Assembly (NCBI GenBank): GCA_027489695.1
Contig: JAIXZK010000144.1
Span: 553-64,552, forward strand
Length of the DNA: 64,000 bases
Direction: 5' to 3'
Origin: Sphingomonadales bacterium
GTDB taxonomy: Bacteria > Pseudomonadota > Alphaproteobacteria > Sphingomonadales > Sphingomonadaceae
A program made the position numbers and the translations under genes. Of the stretch, positions 17,545 through 26,027 are shown piece by piece. The first letter of the stretch is position 1. Every line of letters starts with the position of its first letter. The notes below the pieces were generated by a model that was not told where the DNA came from, searched no databases, and saw nothing but the letters and a program-made list of their open reading frames with translations.

Positions 17545-18474
17545 ATGACCACCGACCGCTTCGAAGACAGCCCCGCCGAATCGCCGACCGCATCCCTCCT
17601 CACCGAGCTGCAGCTGTTCGGCCACCGGCCATTCAGCGACGAGCCCGATCCAAGGCCCCTGCCCGACGAACCCCGTGTCCACGGCGCCATGGTCGACATC
17701 TTCGACGCGCTGGTGGCCACGCTGGTCGACACCCGCCTCGAGCCCGATCTCGACGACCTGCTCTGGGCCATGGTCAATCTGTTCCACCGCACCGTCGACC
17801 GGGTCGAGCGCGAGCTCGATGACAACGAACAGGCACAGCGGCACAGCCAGCGCGACCAGGACGGCTCCGAGGTCCTGTCCACCGAGCTCGAACGCCTCCT
17901 CGCCCAGGGCCTGACCCTGATCGAGCGCCGCAACGCCTATGAGTTCATGCGCGACCACGCCGCCGAACTGTTCGAGGTCCACACCGGCTCGCACTGGCAC
18001 CCGCGTTCGGGCTCGCTCGTAAACCGCAAGGCGCTGACCTCCGCCGTGATCGACAGCCGCGACTTCGTCGCCGCCCGGCGCCGCGCCGAAACCCAGGTGA
18101 TGATGCCGGCCGGCACACGCATCGGATTTACCGGTGGCTATGACAGCAACGATCATGCGGCGATCTGGGCGGTGCTCGACAAGGTCCATGCCAAGCATCC
18201 CGACATGGTCCTCCTCCACGGCGGATCACCCAAAGGCGCCGAGCGCATCGCTGCCTGCTGGGCCGACAAGCGCCGGGTCGCGCAGGTCGTGTTCAAGCCC
18301 GATTTCAACCGCCACAAGCAGGCGGCGCCGTTCAAGCGCAACGACCAGTTGCTCGAGGCACTGCCGATCGGGCTGATCGTGTTCCCTGGCACCGGCATCG
18401 TCGATAATCTCGCCGACAAGGCGAGGAAGCACGGGATTCCGCTGTTCGACTTCCGGAAAGGAGGTGGCGGCTGA
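17545..18474 (+). CDS. DUF2493 (SLOG-like) domain protein
   Basis: The C-terminal MVLLHGGSPKGAERIAACWA...FKRNDQLL resembles DUF2493 proteins of conjugative elements. ATG 17545 follows GGGAG. Confidence 0.7.
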   Translation: MTTDRFEDSPAESPTASLLTELQLFGHRPFSDEPDPRPLPDEPRVHGAMVDIFDALVATLVDTRLEPDLDDLLWAMVNLFHRTVDRVERELDDNEQAQRHSQRDQDGSEVLSTELERLLAQGLTLIERRNAYEFMRDHAAELFEVHTGSHWHPRSGSLVNRKALTSAVIDSRDFVAARRRAETQVMMPAGTRIGFTGGYDSNDHAAIWAVLDKVHAKHPDMVLLHGGSPKGAERIAACWADKRRVAQVVFKPDFNRHKQAAPFKRNDQLLEALPIGLIVFPGTGIVDNLADKARKHGIPLFDFRKGGGG

Positions 18475-18618
18475 GCACTGCTGTCGTTTACACGCTTTAG
18501 CCTTGGTCCAAACCTGGGCTAGCTTGCCATATGAACCCTTTTCGTGCTTTGCTGCGCACAAGTCGTTCAGTTGGGGGCTGCGGTGGCAAAAAGCGCGATA
18601 TCGAGACCTGAGGTCGAG

Positions 18619-19791
18619 ATGGTCGGTCAGTTGGCCGATGCCGGCGAACGGATGATCGAGCGGCTTCGCAAGAAGTCATTCCTACCAGAGCGCCGCAAGG
18701 GCCTCCACCTCCGATTCGGCATCGCCGAGATGGCGACCATGCTCGGCTGCTCGACGAACCGTATCCGCCAAGCCGAAGAAGACGGGCGTTTGCCGTCACC
18801 ATCGTTCGACGAAGGCGGCCGCCGACTCGGCTACGATGTCGCCGACATGTTGCGCATGCGCGAGCGGCTCGGCGTATCGCCCCGCCGTGCCGAAACCGAC
18901 GAGCCTGCGATCATCGCCGTTCAGAACTTCAAAGGCGGCGTCGGCAAGTCGACAGTCACTACCCACCTTGCCCACTACCTTGCGATCCAAGGTTATCGCG
19001 TGCTCGTTGTCGATTGTGACAGCCAGGCGACTACAACCACGCTGTTCGGCTTTAACCCCCACTTCGACGTCGAGCGCGAGCAGACGCTCTATCCTTACCT
19101 GTCGATCGACGCGACCCAGGCCGACCTGCTCTACGCTGTACAGCCGACACCTTGGCCCAATGTCGACCTGATTCCTTCATGCCTCGAGCTATTCGATGTC
19201 GAATACGAACTGGCCGCAGCAGCCAGCTCGGGACAAAGCGTTTTGGCGGCTCGCTTTCGCAAGTTGAAACAAGGACTTGCCGACCTTGCACGCAGTTATG
19301 ACGTCGTTATTCTCGACCCACCACCGGCGCTTGGTACGATTAGCCTTGCGGTCATGCAGGCCGCCAACGCGTTGCTGGTGCCGCTCGCAGCAACGACGCC
19401 TGACTTCTGCTCGACGGTTCAGTTCCTCAGCATGATGGACCAGGTTCTGGCGCAACTCGGACAAGCCGGCATCGATGTCGACTACCGGTTCGTGCGGCTT
19501 CTGTGCTCGCGGCACGATACCAGCAACCCGTCCGAATCCATGGTCATCCGTATCATGGAAGAAGCTTTCGGGCCCGCCCTGCTGCCGGTTGCTGTGCTCG
19601 ATTCTGCAGAAATCAGCCATGCTTCGCTGCGCATGATGACTGTGTTCGAACTCGACAAGCCAATCGGTACGGCGCGGACGCACAAGCGCTGCAAGCAGAA
19701 TCTCGAAGAAGCGCTCGGCCAAGTCGAGCAATTGATGCGCCGCGGGTGGCATCGTGCGGCGGTTGCCGAGGAGCTCGCCGATGTCGCGTAA
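18619..19791 (+). CDS. parA: ParA-family partition ATPase (RepA/ParA type with N-terminal HTH-like extension)
   Basis: Deviant Walker A in NFKGGVGKSTV, then VLVVDCDSQ. ATG 18619 follows GAGG. Confidence 0.9.
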   Translation: MVGQLADAGERMIERLRKKSFLPERRKGLHLRFGIAEMATMLGCSTNRIRQAEEDGRLPSPSFDEGGRRLGYDVADMLRMRERLGVSPRRAETDEPAIIAVQNFKGGVGKSTVTTHLAHYLAIQGYRVLVVDCDSQATTTTLFGFNPHFDVEREQTLYPYLSIDATQADLLYAVQPTPWPNVDLIPSCLELFDVEYELAAAASSGQSVLAARFRKLKQGLADLARSYDVVILDPPPALGTISLAVMQAANALLVPLAATTPDFCSTVQFLSMMDQVLAQLGQAGIDVDYRFVRLLCSRHDTSNPSESMVIRIMEEAFGPALLPVAVLDSAEISHASLRMMTVFELDKPIGTARTHKRCKQNLEEALGQVEQLMRRGWHRAAVAEELADVA

Positions 19792-20773
19792 ACAAGGCGA
19801 CTATCTCGCCGGACTGCTGGCCGATGACGACGAGGCCCCCTCCCCTGCCCGCGTTCGGCGGTCACCACTTCTCGAACGCGAATCGGCCCTGTCGCGAATG
19901 GCATCAGGCGAAGTCCGCCAGGTCACCGAATTGCGGCTAGACCCGGCGCGGTGCCGAATCTGGCCCGGCAATGGCCGTGCCTATGCCGAGCTTTCGGAAG
20001 CGCGGTGCCGAGACCTTATCGATAGCCTGGTCGCCGAAGGCGGCCAAAAAGTGCCCGCGGTGGTGCGCAGGCTGAAAGACGATCCGGAAGCCGAGTTCGA
20101 GGTATTGGCCGGCACCAGGCGCCATTGGTCGGTTAGCTGGCTCCGGGCGCACAGCTACCCCGATATGTTGTTCGTCGCGCAGGTCGTTGACCTCGACGAC
20201 GAGGCCGCATTCCGTCTCGCCGATATCGAAAACCGTGCCCGCGCCGATCTCTCAGATCTCGAGCGGGCCCGCAATTACCGTTGGGCGCTGGGCGCGCACT
20301 ATGGCGGCATCCAGAGCCGAATGGCGGAGCGATTGAAGCTATCGAAAGGCTGGTTGTCGAAGCTGCTGACGATGGCAACACTTCCCGACGAGATCGTCGC
20401 CGCATTTCCCGACCCAGCTGCTATCCCGGTTCGTGGCGGCTATGAGCTTGCCGTCAAAGCCACGGGGCCAGAAGCGGCGGCATTGGTTGCGGAGGCCAAG
20501 ACTATTGCCAGCGAGCAGCAAAAGGCGAGCAAGGCCGAATTGCCGCCGATCGACGGCCCGACAGTGCTTCGGCGCCTGCTGGCGGCCGGTCTGACGCGCG
20601 TGGGCAGTAAAGGTGAGGCCGTGCTGGTCAGTGCCGCCGATGGTCGCGCGGCGCTAACTTTGCAGGGCCGGCGCGGGCGGGTCCTGACACTGCGCATCGA
20701 CCTCGGCGCCGGGGTTGACCGGGCCGCGCTGGTCGAGGGCCTGATCGCTGCCATGGACGAAACACGCCCGTGA
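19781..20773 (+). CDS. parB: ParB-family partition protein
   Basis: The ParB N-domain reads LDPARCRIWPGNGR...VLAGTRRHW. Its start overlaps the parA stop by 11 nt. Confidence 0.85.
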   Translation: MSRKQGDYLAGLLADDDEAPSPARVRRSPLLERESALSRMASGEVRQVTELRLDPARCRIWPGNGRAYAELSEARCRDLIDSLVAEGGQKVPAVVRRLKDDPEAEFEVLAGTRRHWSVSWLRAHSYPDMLFVAQVVDLDDEAAFRLADIENRARADLSDLERARNYRWALGAHYGGIQSRMAERLKLSKGWLSKLLTMATLPDEIVAAFPDPAAIPVRGGYELAVKATGPEAAALVAEAKTIASEQQKASKAELPPIDGPTVLRRLLAAGLTRVGSKGEAVLVSAADGRAALTLQGRRGRVLTLRIDLGAGVDRAALVEGLIAAMDETRP

Positions 20774-21999
20774 GTTTCCCCGGGGAAACTTTGGGGGAAT
20801 CGACCTCGAGTTTCCCCGGGGAAACATCGCCGGTGAGCGGCAGCGACGGTCAGTTCGATCTGTTCCTGCCCTACCTCGCCGATCTATCTCTCCGCGACCA
20901 GCGGGAGACGATGGAGCGGCCATTTTTTAGCCTAGCCAAATCAAAGCGGATCAAGCCGATCGAATACAGGTCGCCGGACGCCAAGGTCTGGGTCCATGTC
21001 TCGGCCAACCCCCTCTATGGGATGGCGACGATCTGGGACGCCGACATCCTGATCTTTTTCGCAAGTGTCGTTAGCGACATGCGCCGACGCGGCATCAACG
21101 ACATCCCGCAGACATTGCACTTCATGCCGTATGACCTGCTGAAGGTCATCGGGCGGCAGACCACCGGCCGTGCCTACCAGTTGCTGACTCAATCACTCGA
21201 CCGCCTGCAATCGACGACAGTGAAGACCAATATCCGGGCTCCGAGCAACCGCCGCGAGGCGACGTTCAGTTGGATCGACAGCTGGGAACATCGCGTCGAT
21301 CCCAAGACGGAGCGGGCACGCGGCATGTCGGTGACGTTGGCCAAATGGTTCCACGACGGCCTTTTGATGGACGGTGGCGTCCTGGCGATCGACAGGGCCT
21401 ATTTTGATATATCAGGTGGCCGGGAACGCTGGCTTTACCGGGTCGCGCGCAAACATGCCGGCGGGGCAGGAGAGGGCGGCTTTGCGATCTCCTTTCCGAC
21501 CCTGTTCGAAAAGTCAGGCGCCGAAGGCCCCTACCGGCGCTTCAAGTTCGAGCTGATCGCGATTGCGCGCGCTGACCAGTTGCCGGGCTACGCCCTGTCG
21601 GTCGAAGAGGGAAAAGGTGAGCCGAGCTTGCGGATGCGTCGACGCGAGGAGAATGGCGTCCGAACCGTCAATGTTTCCCCGGGGAAACTCGAGGGCGCCG
21701 AGCGGCCGATTGCACCAGCACAAGCGCGCCCGACGGTGCCTGCTCCGTCTCCAGATCGTCCAGCGTTAGGGCGGCGTCCGCAAGGGCAATCTGAGCGCGG
21801 TGGCGAAGCGCTCCCGCTGGGCGAATTGCTGGCCGGTATCGGTGCGCGCTATCCGGGATGGGACCAGGACAACTTGCGCGCCGAGTTCGACGCCTGGATC
21901 GCGATGGACCCGAGCCGCATGCCGCATGACTACGCGCGCGCCTTTGAGGGGTTCGTGAAGCGATACCATGAGCGCAACCGCCACCAGCTGCGCGGCTAG
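20770..21999 (+). CDS. repA: Replication initiator protein A (RPA family)
   Basis: DLSLRDQRETMERPFFSLAKSKRIKPIEY...MATIWDADILIF is typical of RPA-type initiators. The start is uncertain: GTG 20770 or GTG 20833 downstream of the two palindromes. Confidence 0.82.
   Translation: MSFPGETLGESTSSFPGETSPVSGSDGQFDLFLPYLADLSLRDQRETMERPFFSLAKSKRIKPIEYRSPDAKVWVHVSANPLYGMATIWDADILIFFASVVSDMRRRGINDIPQTLHFMPYDLLKVIGRQTTGRAYQLLTQSLDRLQSTTVKTNIRAPSNRREATFSWIDSWEHRVDPKTERARGMSVTLAKWFHDGLLMDGGVLAIDRAYFDISGGRERWLYRVARKHAGGAGEGGFAISFPTLFEKSGAEGPYRRFKFELIAIARADQLPGYALSVEEGKGEPSLRMRRREENGVRTVNVSPGKLEGAERPIAPAQARPTVPAPSPDRPALGRRPQGQSERGGEALPLGELLAGIGARYPGWDQDNLRAEFDAWIAMDPSRMPHDYARAFEGFVKRYHERNRHQLRG
20774..20789. 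repeat. 16-bp perfect palindrome GTTTCCCCGGGGAAAC, copy 1 (candidate parS or RepA operator)
   Basis: Starts at the parB stop codon. It extends to an 18-bp palindrome at 20773-20790. Confidence 0.6.
20810..20825. repeat. 16-bp palindrome GTTTCCCCGGGGAAAC, copy 2
   Basis: Lies 36 bp after copy 1, with a CTCGA flank. Confidence 0.6.
21673..21688. repeat. 16-bp palindrome GTTTCCCCGGGGAAAC, copy 3 (inside repA)
   Basis: With its TCGAG flank it is the exact inverted 21-mer of copy 2 (CTCGAGTTTCCCCGGGGAAAC). Confidence 0.6.
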
Positions 22000-22010
22000 C
22001 GGCGGTCCGC

Positions 22011-22380
22011 GTTCCCGAAGTGTCGACTTCTCGGTCGATCACGGCCGAAGCGAGAATATTGTTCTCGCGACACGCAATGGGCGAATGGCCGCCAACCCAC
22101 GGAAAGATGACTCTATTTCAGCGCCTTGGCTGGCATTCGAAAATTGCTGCGGCGTCATCCACAGCTGACAGTCGACACTTCAGGAACAGGCAACGACACT
22201 CCGGGAACGACAAGGCGACACATCGGGAACGTCGGGACCGATACTCCGGGAACGATCCGTCGACACTTCAGGAACAGCGCCTGCGGATTCATTTTGCGAA
22301 TCTATCGACTTAGAGCTCTCGACCGCCGCCGTAACTCTATAACCTCTCTCATAAATATCTAACCCAATGCGATTATCATT
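22011..22380. other. Candidate oriV
   Basis: Contains an inverted iteron GTTCCCGAAGTGTCG (22011-22025), a DnaA-box-like TCATCCACA (22155-22163), the five iterons, and an AT-rich tract (about 22320-22380). Confidence 0.7.
22173..22275 (+). repeat. Five direct iterons, CGA(C/T)AC(T/A)(T/C)C(A/G)GGAAC
   Basis: Copies at 22173, 22194, 22216, 22239 and 22261, spaced 21-23 bp apart. Confidence 0.8.
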
Positions 22381-22406
22381 TGAGTTTGGATGAGAAGAGA
22401 GCGGCC

Positions 22407-22973
22407 GTGAAAACCGTGACCAAGCACCCGAGTGTTTCGTACGCCTCTGCAGGGCCAGATACACCTCTGCAGCGGCTTGGGCGGCTCTCGCCATGGATGG
22501 TGATGGCAGCCGTCTGGGCGATCCTCGCATCGGCGCTACCGGCCCCATTGGTCTTCTACAATCCATCGCCAAGCATGCCGATCGGCTATTACCTGCGAGC
22601 AGCAGCGCCACCGGCGAAGGGCCGCATCATCGCTTTCCGCGTGCCAGGCCCTGGGCGTGCCTATGCAACGGCGCACATCCCGTACGTCGTCCGCGGCGCG
22701 ATCATCAAACCAGTTATCGCGGCGGCCGGCGATCAAGTCTGCACGGGCGACCAGCTCAAAATCAACGGTCGCGTCGTGGCACCGATTGCCACGGCCGACA
22801 GGCAGGGCAGGGCGCTCCCGCAATGGCGGGACTGCCGGGTTCTGCGACGAGACGAGTATTTCGTGTTCTCGAACCGGATTCCGAACAGCTTCGACAGCCG
22901 CTATTATGGCCCTGTGGCGCAATCGGAGGTCATCGGCACCTTCCGACCACTATGGACCCGAACGGCGCTGTAG
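22407..22973 (+). CDS. traF: S26-family signal peptidase, TraF-like (pilin maturation)
   Basis: NPSPSMPIGYY (catalytic Ser) and SFDSRYYGPV. The start is uncertain: TTG 22380, GTG 22407 or ATG 22497. Confidence 0.72.
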   Translation: MKTVTKHPSVSYASAGPDTPLQRLGRLSPWMVMAAVWAILASALPAPLVFYNPSPSMPIGYYLRAAAPPAKGRIIAFRVPGPGRAYATAHIPYVVRGAIIKPVIAAAGDQVCTGDQLKINGRVVAPIATADRQGRALPQWRDCRVLRRDEYFVFSNRIPNSFDSRYYGPVAQSEVIGTFRPLWTRTAL

Positions 22974-22993
22974 CGCCCCCAGGAGGCCGCCAG

Positions 22994-23845
22994 ATGGACG
23001 CCTTGACCCTTGCTGCTCTGTGCAGCCTCATAATCCGCCACGATGCGGCGCCGACCGCGGTGCCGACCGGTACAAATTGCGTAGCCGTCCTCGCCAGTGC
23101 CGCAAGTAACGCGGCAGCTGCCAAGCGCCTGATAGCAGGGCCCATCGATCGTGAAGCCATTGCCCGCGTGGCTTGGGCCGAAGCGGCCAACCAAAGCGAC
23201 GCGGGTCTCGCTGCAGTCATCTACACGATCATCAACCGGCTAGGTTCCGGGCGCTTCGGTGCCAGCATCGACGCCGTGCTCAATGCGCCGCGGCAGTTCG
23301 AGCCAGTTTGGCGCGCCGGCGGCAACTGGCGAGCATTGCCAACCTTGTCTAGCATGGCGCGGCTGCGGATAGAGGCTATCATCGATGCAGCGCTGGCGGG
23401 GACGCTGCCGGACCGCACCGGCGGCGCGATGTATTTCCAGAACGCCGCGGTTGTCGCGCAGCGCGAACGCGCTGGACAGGTATCGCGCGGGCTGACCAAC
23501 TTCGGTGGCCAGCGGCCAATCGCGGTCATCGGTGACCACAGTTTCTATGCCGACAACCGCGCGGGGCAGGGGCCTCGGCGTCGAGCCTCCGACAGTAGCG
23601 TCACCGATGCCTGGATCGATGCGGGCGGGTCCATTTTCGCCGGCGGCTCGGTCGCGGCGTTCGACACGCCAGAACCCGGGCCGGAACCTGCCGAGAGCGC
23701 CAGCGCCGCTGCCCCGCTACACCCGACGCAAACCCCGGCACCGCCAGCGTCACCTGAGCCGGAAGAATCGCCTCGGATCGTCACAGCACCCGTCAGTGGC
23801 ATGTTCGTGCTGGCGAATGGCCAGACCAGTCCTGCCCCGCGATAG
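22994..23845 (+). CDS. Cell-wall hydrolase (SleB/Hydrolase_2-like) with a Pro-rich tail
   Basis: ATG 22994 lies 7 nt after AGGAGG. Motifs: RVAWAEAANQSDAGLAAVIYTIINR...QFEPVW. The N-terminal 167 codons of the track ORF overlap traF and are rejected. Confidence 0.78.
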   Translation: MDALTLAALCSLIIRHDAAPTAVPTGTNCVAVLASAASNAAAAKRLIAGPIDREAIARVAWAEAANQSDAGLAAVIYTIINRLGSGRFGASIDAVLNAPRQFEPVWRAGGNWRALPTLSSMARLRIEAIIDAALAGTLPDRTGGAMYFQNAAVVAQRERAGQVSRGLTNFGGQRPIAVIGDHSFYADNRAGQGPRRRASDSSVTDAWIDAGGSIFAGGSVAAFDTPEPGPEPAESASAAAPLHPTQTPAPPASPEPEESPRIVTAPVSGMFVLANGQTSPAPR

Positions 23846-24279
23846 CGCTGGCCTTCGAGGGCATCTTCCAATTCGCGTCCCAATAAGCGCCGGCAGGGGA
23901 GGGCAGGGGTTCCTCGCTGTCCTTGTCGGTCGCGGTTGCCAAGACGCCGATCGGGTTCAGCCGAGCACGTAGTCGCCTGATTGTTTGGCAATGGAGGGCC
24001 GTGGCGTGGCGTCACCTGCGTCGGCGCCCGCACCCATGCCGCCTTTCAATGGCCGATCTGGCAGGAGGACGGCTTCGCCTCGACCCCCTGGCCGCAACTC
24101 CGCGCCTGCAACTTTCTTCCCCTGGCGGCCTACGTCCGCCATTCCTCGCGCACCAAGAAACTTGCGTCCCGCCGTCCTCCGCGTTGCTGCGGGCCTACGG
24201 CTGCGGCGGTGGTCGCCTCCGGCCGACGATAGCCATCGAGGCGCAATGGAGCGGGCTCGATCGACACAGGAGACAGACA

Positions 24280-24579
24280 ATGGCCACCATCGGTACCTTT
24301 ACCAAGTCGGGCACGGACTTCGTCGGTTCGGTCAAGACGCTCACCCTCAACGTCAAGGCCAAGATCCAGGCGGCCGACAAGGACAGCGAGCGCGCGCCTG
24401 ACTATCGCATCTTCGCCGGACCGACCGAGTTCGGCGCGGCGTGGAAGAAGACCTCGAAGGCCGACCGCGACTATCTCTCGGTCAAGATCGACGATCCGAG
24501 CCTTCCTGCTCCGATCTTCGCCTCACTGGTCGAGGCCGACGACAGCGGCGACAGCTTCAACCTCATCTGGTCGCGCTAG
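24280..24579 (+). CDS. DUF736 domain protein
   Basis: MATIGTFTKSGTDFVGSVKTLTLNVKAKI...PDYRIF. ATG follows AGGAGA. Confidence 0.78.
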   Translation: MATIGTFTKSGTDFVGSVKTLTLNVKAKIQAADKDSERAPDYRIFAGPTEFGAAWKKTSKADRDYLSVKIDDPSLPAPIFASLVEADDSGDSFNLIWSR

Positions 24580-24756
24580 CGGCAAGGCGGCCGCGTCCCG
24601 GGTGACCGGGGCGCGGCACTGTCGGTGAGGCGGTCGGACGTAGTCTCCATGGCCAGGGCGCTCGAGGTGATGCTCGACGAACTATGGGGGAGGGTGCGTG
24701 GCCCGTAGCGAACGCAGTTGCAGTGTGATAAAGTATGCACGAACGAGGAGCGACTC

Positions 24757-25020
24757 ATGTCAACCGTCGAACGCATGACCATCACGATGCCCGCCGAGCT
24801 CGCTGCGGTCGTTCGGAAAACCGTCGAGGCCGGCGAATACGCGTCGACCAGCGAGGTTATACGGGAAGCGCTGCGCGAATGGCATCGCAGCCGAGACGAA
24901 GAATTGCGCGACCTGACAGCCCTACGCGCCGCCATCAAGGCGGGGTTCGACAGCGGGCAGGGGATCCCTGCGGAAGATGTCTTTGCCGAGTTGAAGGCGC
25001 GCTACGCACCGCAGGCGTGA
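24757..25020 (+). CDS. parD: ParD-family RHH antitoxin
   Basis: MTITMPAELAAVVRKTVEAGEYASTSEVIREALREW. GAGGAG upstream. Confidence 0.8.
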   Translation: MSTVERMTITMPAELAAVVRKTVEAGEYASTSEVIREALREWHRSRDEELRDLTALRAAIKAGFDSGQGIPAEDVFAELKARYAPQA

Positions 25021-25024
25021 CAGC

Positions 25025-25315
25025 ATGCGGACCGTCATTCTGCCAGCTGCGCGCGAAGACCTGATCGAGATCGGCGACTATATCGCGACCGACAATCGCG
25101 AACGGGCGGCCAGCTTCGTTGATGAGATCGTGGCGGTGATCGCCAGCATCGCCGAACGCCCGAAACGCTTTCCGGTACGCGATGATCTTCGACCGGGTCT
25201 GCGGGTTGCCAGGCATCGCAACTATCTGATCTTTTTTGCCGAGGTGGACGAAGAGATACAGGTGGGTCGCGTCCTTCATAGCGCCCGAAATCTGAAGCGC
25301 CTTTTCGAGAGCTAG
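25025..25315 (+). CDS. parE: ParE/RelE-family toxin
   Basis: 96 aa, LPAAREDLIEIGDYIA...YLIFF..EIQVGRVLHSARN, starting 4 nt after parD. Confidence 0.82.
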   Translation: MRTVILPAAREDLIEIGDYIATDNRERAASFVDEIVAVIASIAERPKRFPVRDDLRPGLRVARHRNYLIFFAEVDEEIQVGRVLHSARNLKRLFES

Positions 25316-25329
25316 CAATCGCGGACGAC

Positions 25330-25764
25330 TCAGCCTTGTTTGCCGGCGAGCGTTGCGGCCACCATCGCCTCGAAGTCGGGAAGTTCACCGACGGTCGAAG
25401 GCGCAGCCAGGGGCTGACGATCTACGGGCGACGAGCCGGTTGCTGAATCTTCCTTGCCGCCACCCAGATCATCGAGCAGCACCGGATCGAGAAAGCCGAG
25501 CTGGCTAAGGATGTCGCGGCGATCGCGGGCCCGCCAGACGTGATCGGCGACGATGGCGACCAAACGGCGCGCGAGCAGGTCATCGGGCGCATCGCGAAGT
25601 TCGGCGATCAGAGCACCGCCAAGGACGATGCGAGCACGGGTATGACGTCGACGCATGGTGGCGACGGCCAATGCTTCGAGCCGGGCCGCGCGCGCCCTGT
25701 CGACTTCCCCGGCGCGTTCGAGATCGGCAATCGGCGGCAAGCGAAATGGCGGTGGTTGGGACAT
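25330..25764 (-). CDS. traD: TraD-like conjugal transfer accessory protein
   Basis: RRRHTRARIVLGGALIAEL is reminiscent of Ti-type TraD. Internal ATG 25764 chosen. Divergent from the relaxase across oriT. Confidence 0.6.
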   Translation of the reverse strand: MSQPPPFRLPPIADLERAGEVDRARAARLEALAVATMRRRHTRARIVLGGALIAELRDAPDDLLARRLVAIVADHVWRARDRRDILSQLGFLDPVLLDDLGGGKEDSATGSSPVDRQPLAAPSTVGELPDFEAMVAATLAGKQG

Positions 25765-25880
25765 TGCCGGGCTCTCCCGATTTGTCGAAGGCGGTTGCGA
25801 TAAACGGAGCGATTCCAGTGCTTCGAGGATGTTGACGGGTAGCAGCAAAAGATTCAGGAATGGTAACAGCACCATGCAAT

Positions 25881-25908
25881 GGCGCACTTATACATCGCCC
25901 TGCGATGT
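25881..25908 (-). other. Candidate oriT nick region (MobQ type)
   Basis: The minus strand reads ACATCGC-agg-GCGATGT (inverted repeat) then A-TAAGTGCGCC. The RSF1010 nick core, as I recall it, is TAAGTGCGCCCT. Confidence 0.6.
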
Positions 25909-26027
25909 GCTGCGGCGGGGTGGCCCCCACACCCCGTCGACCCAGTCCCGGGGGACTGACCGAGCCAAGGGGCGAGCCCCTTAGCGATCCCGGCGTCTTG
26001 CGGCGCCGAAGGGCAGGGGAGTGTGGC

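Noticed and set aside
22173-22275. Direct repeats considered as a mini CRISPR array
   Set aside because: The repeats are 15 bp long with spacers of 6-8 bp. They lie next to repA, a DnaA-like box and an AT-rich tract, which makes them iterons rather than CRISPR.
22493-22993. First 167 codons of ORF 22493..23845
   Set aside because: They overlap the TraF peptidase gene in another frame. The hydrolase domain begins at ATG 22994, which has a perfect AGGAGG RBS.
23846-24279. 430-bp gap upstream of the DUF736 gene as a possible ncRNA locus
   Set aside because: I saw no convincing conserved structure, promoter or terminator by eye, and the only ORF-track frames there are GC-rich shadow ORFs. It is left unannotated.
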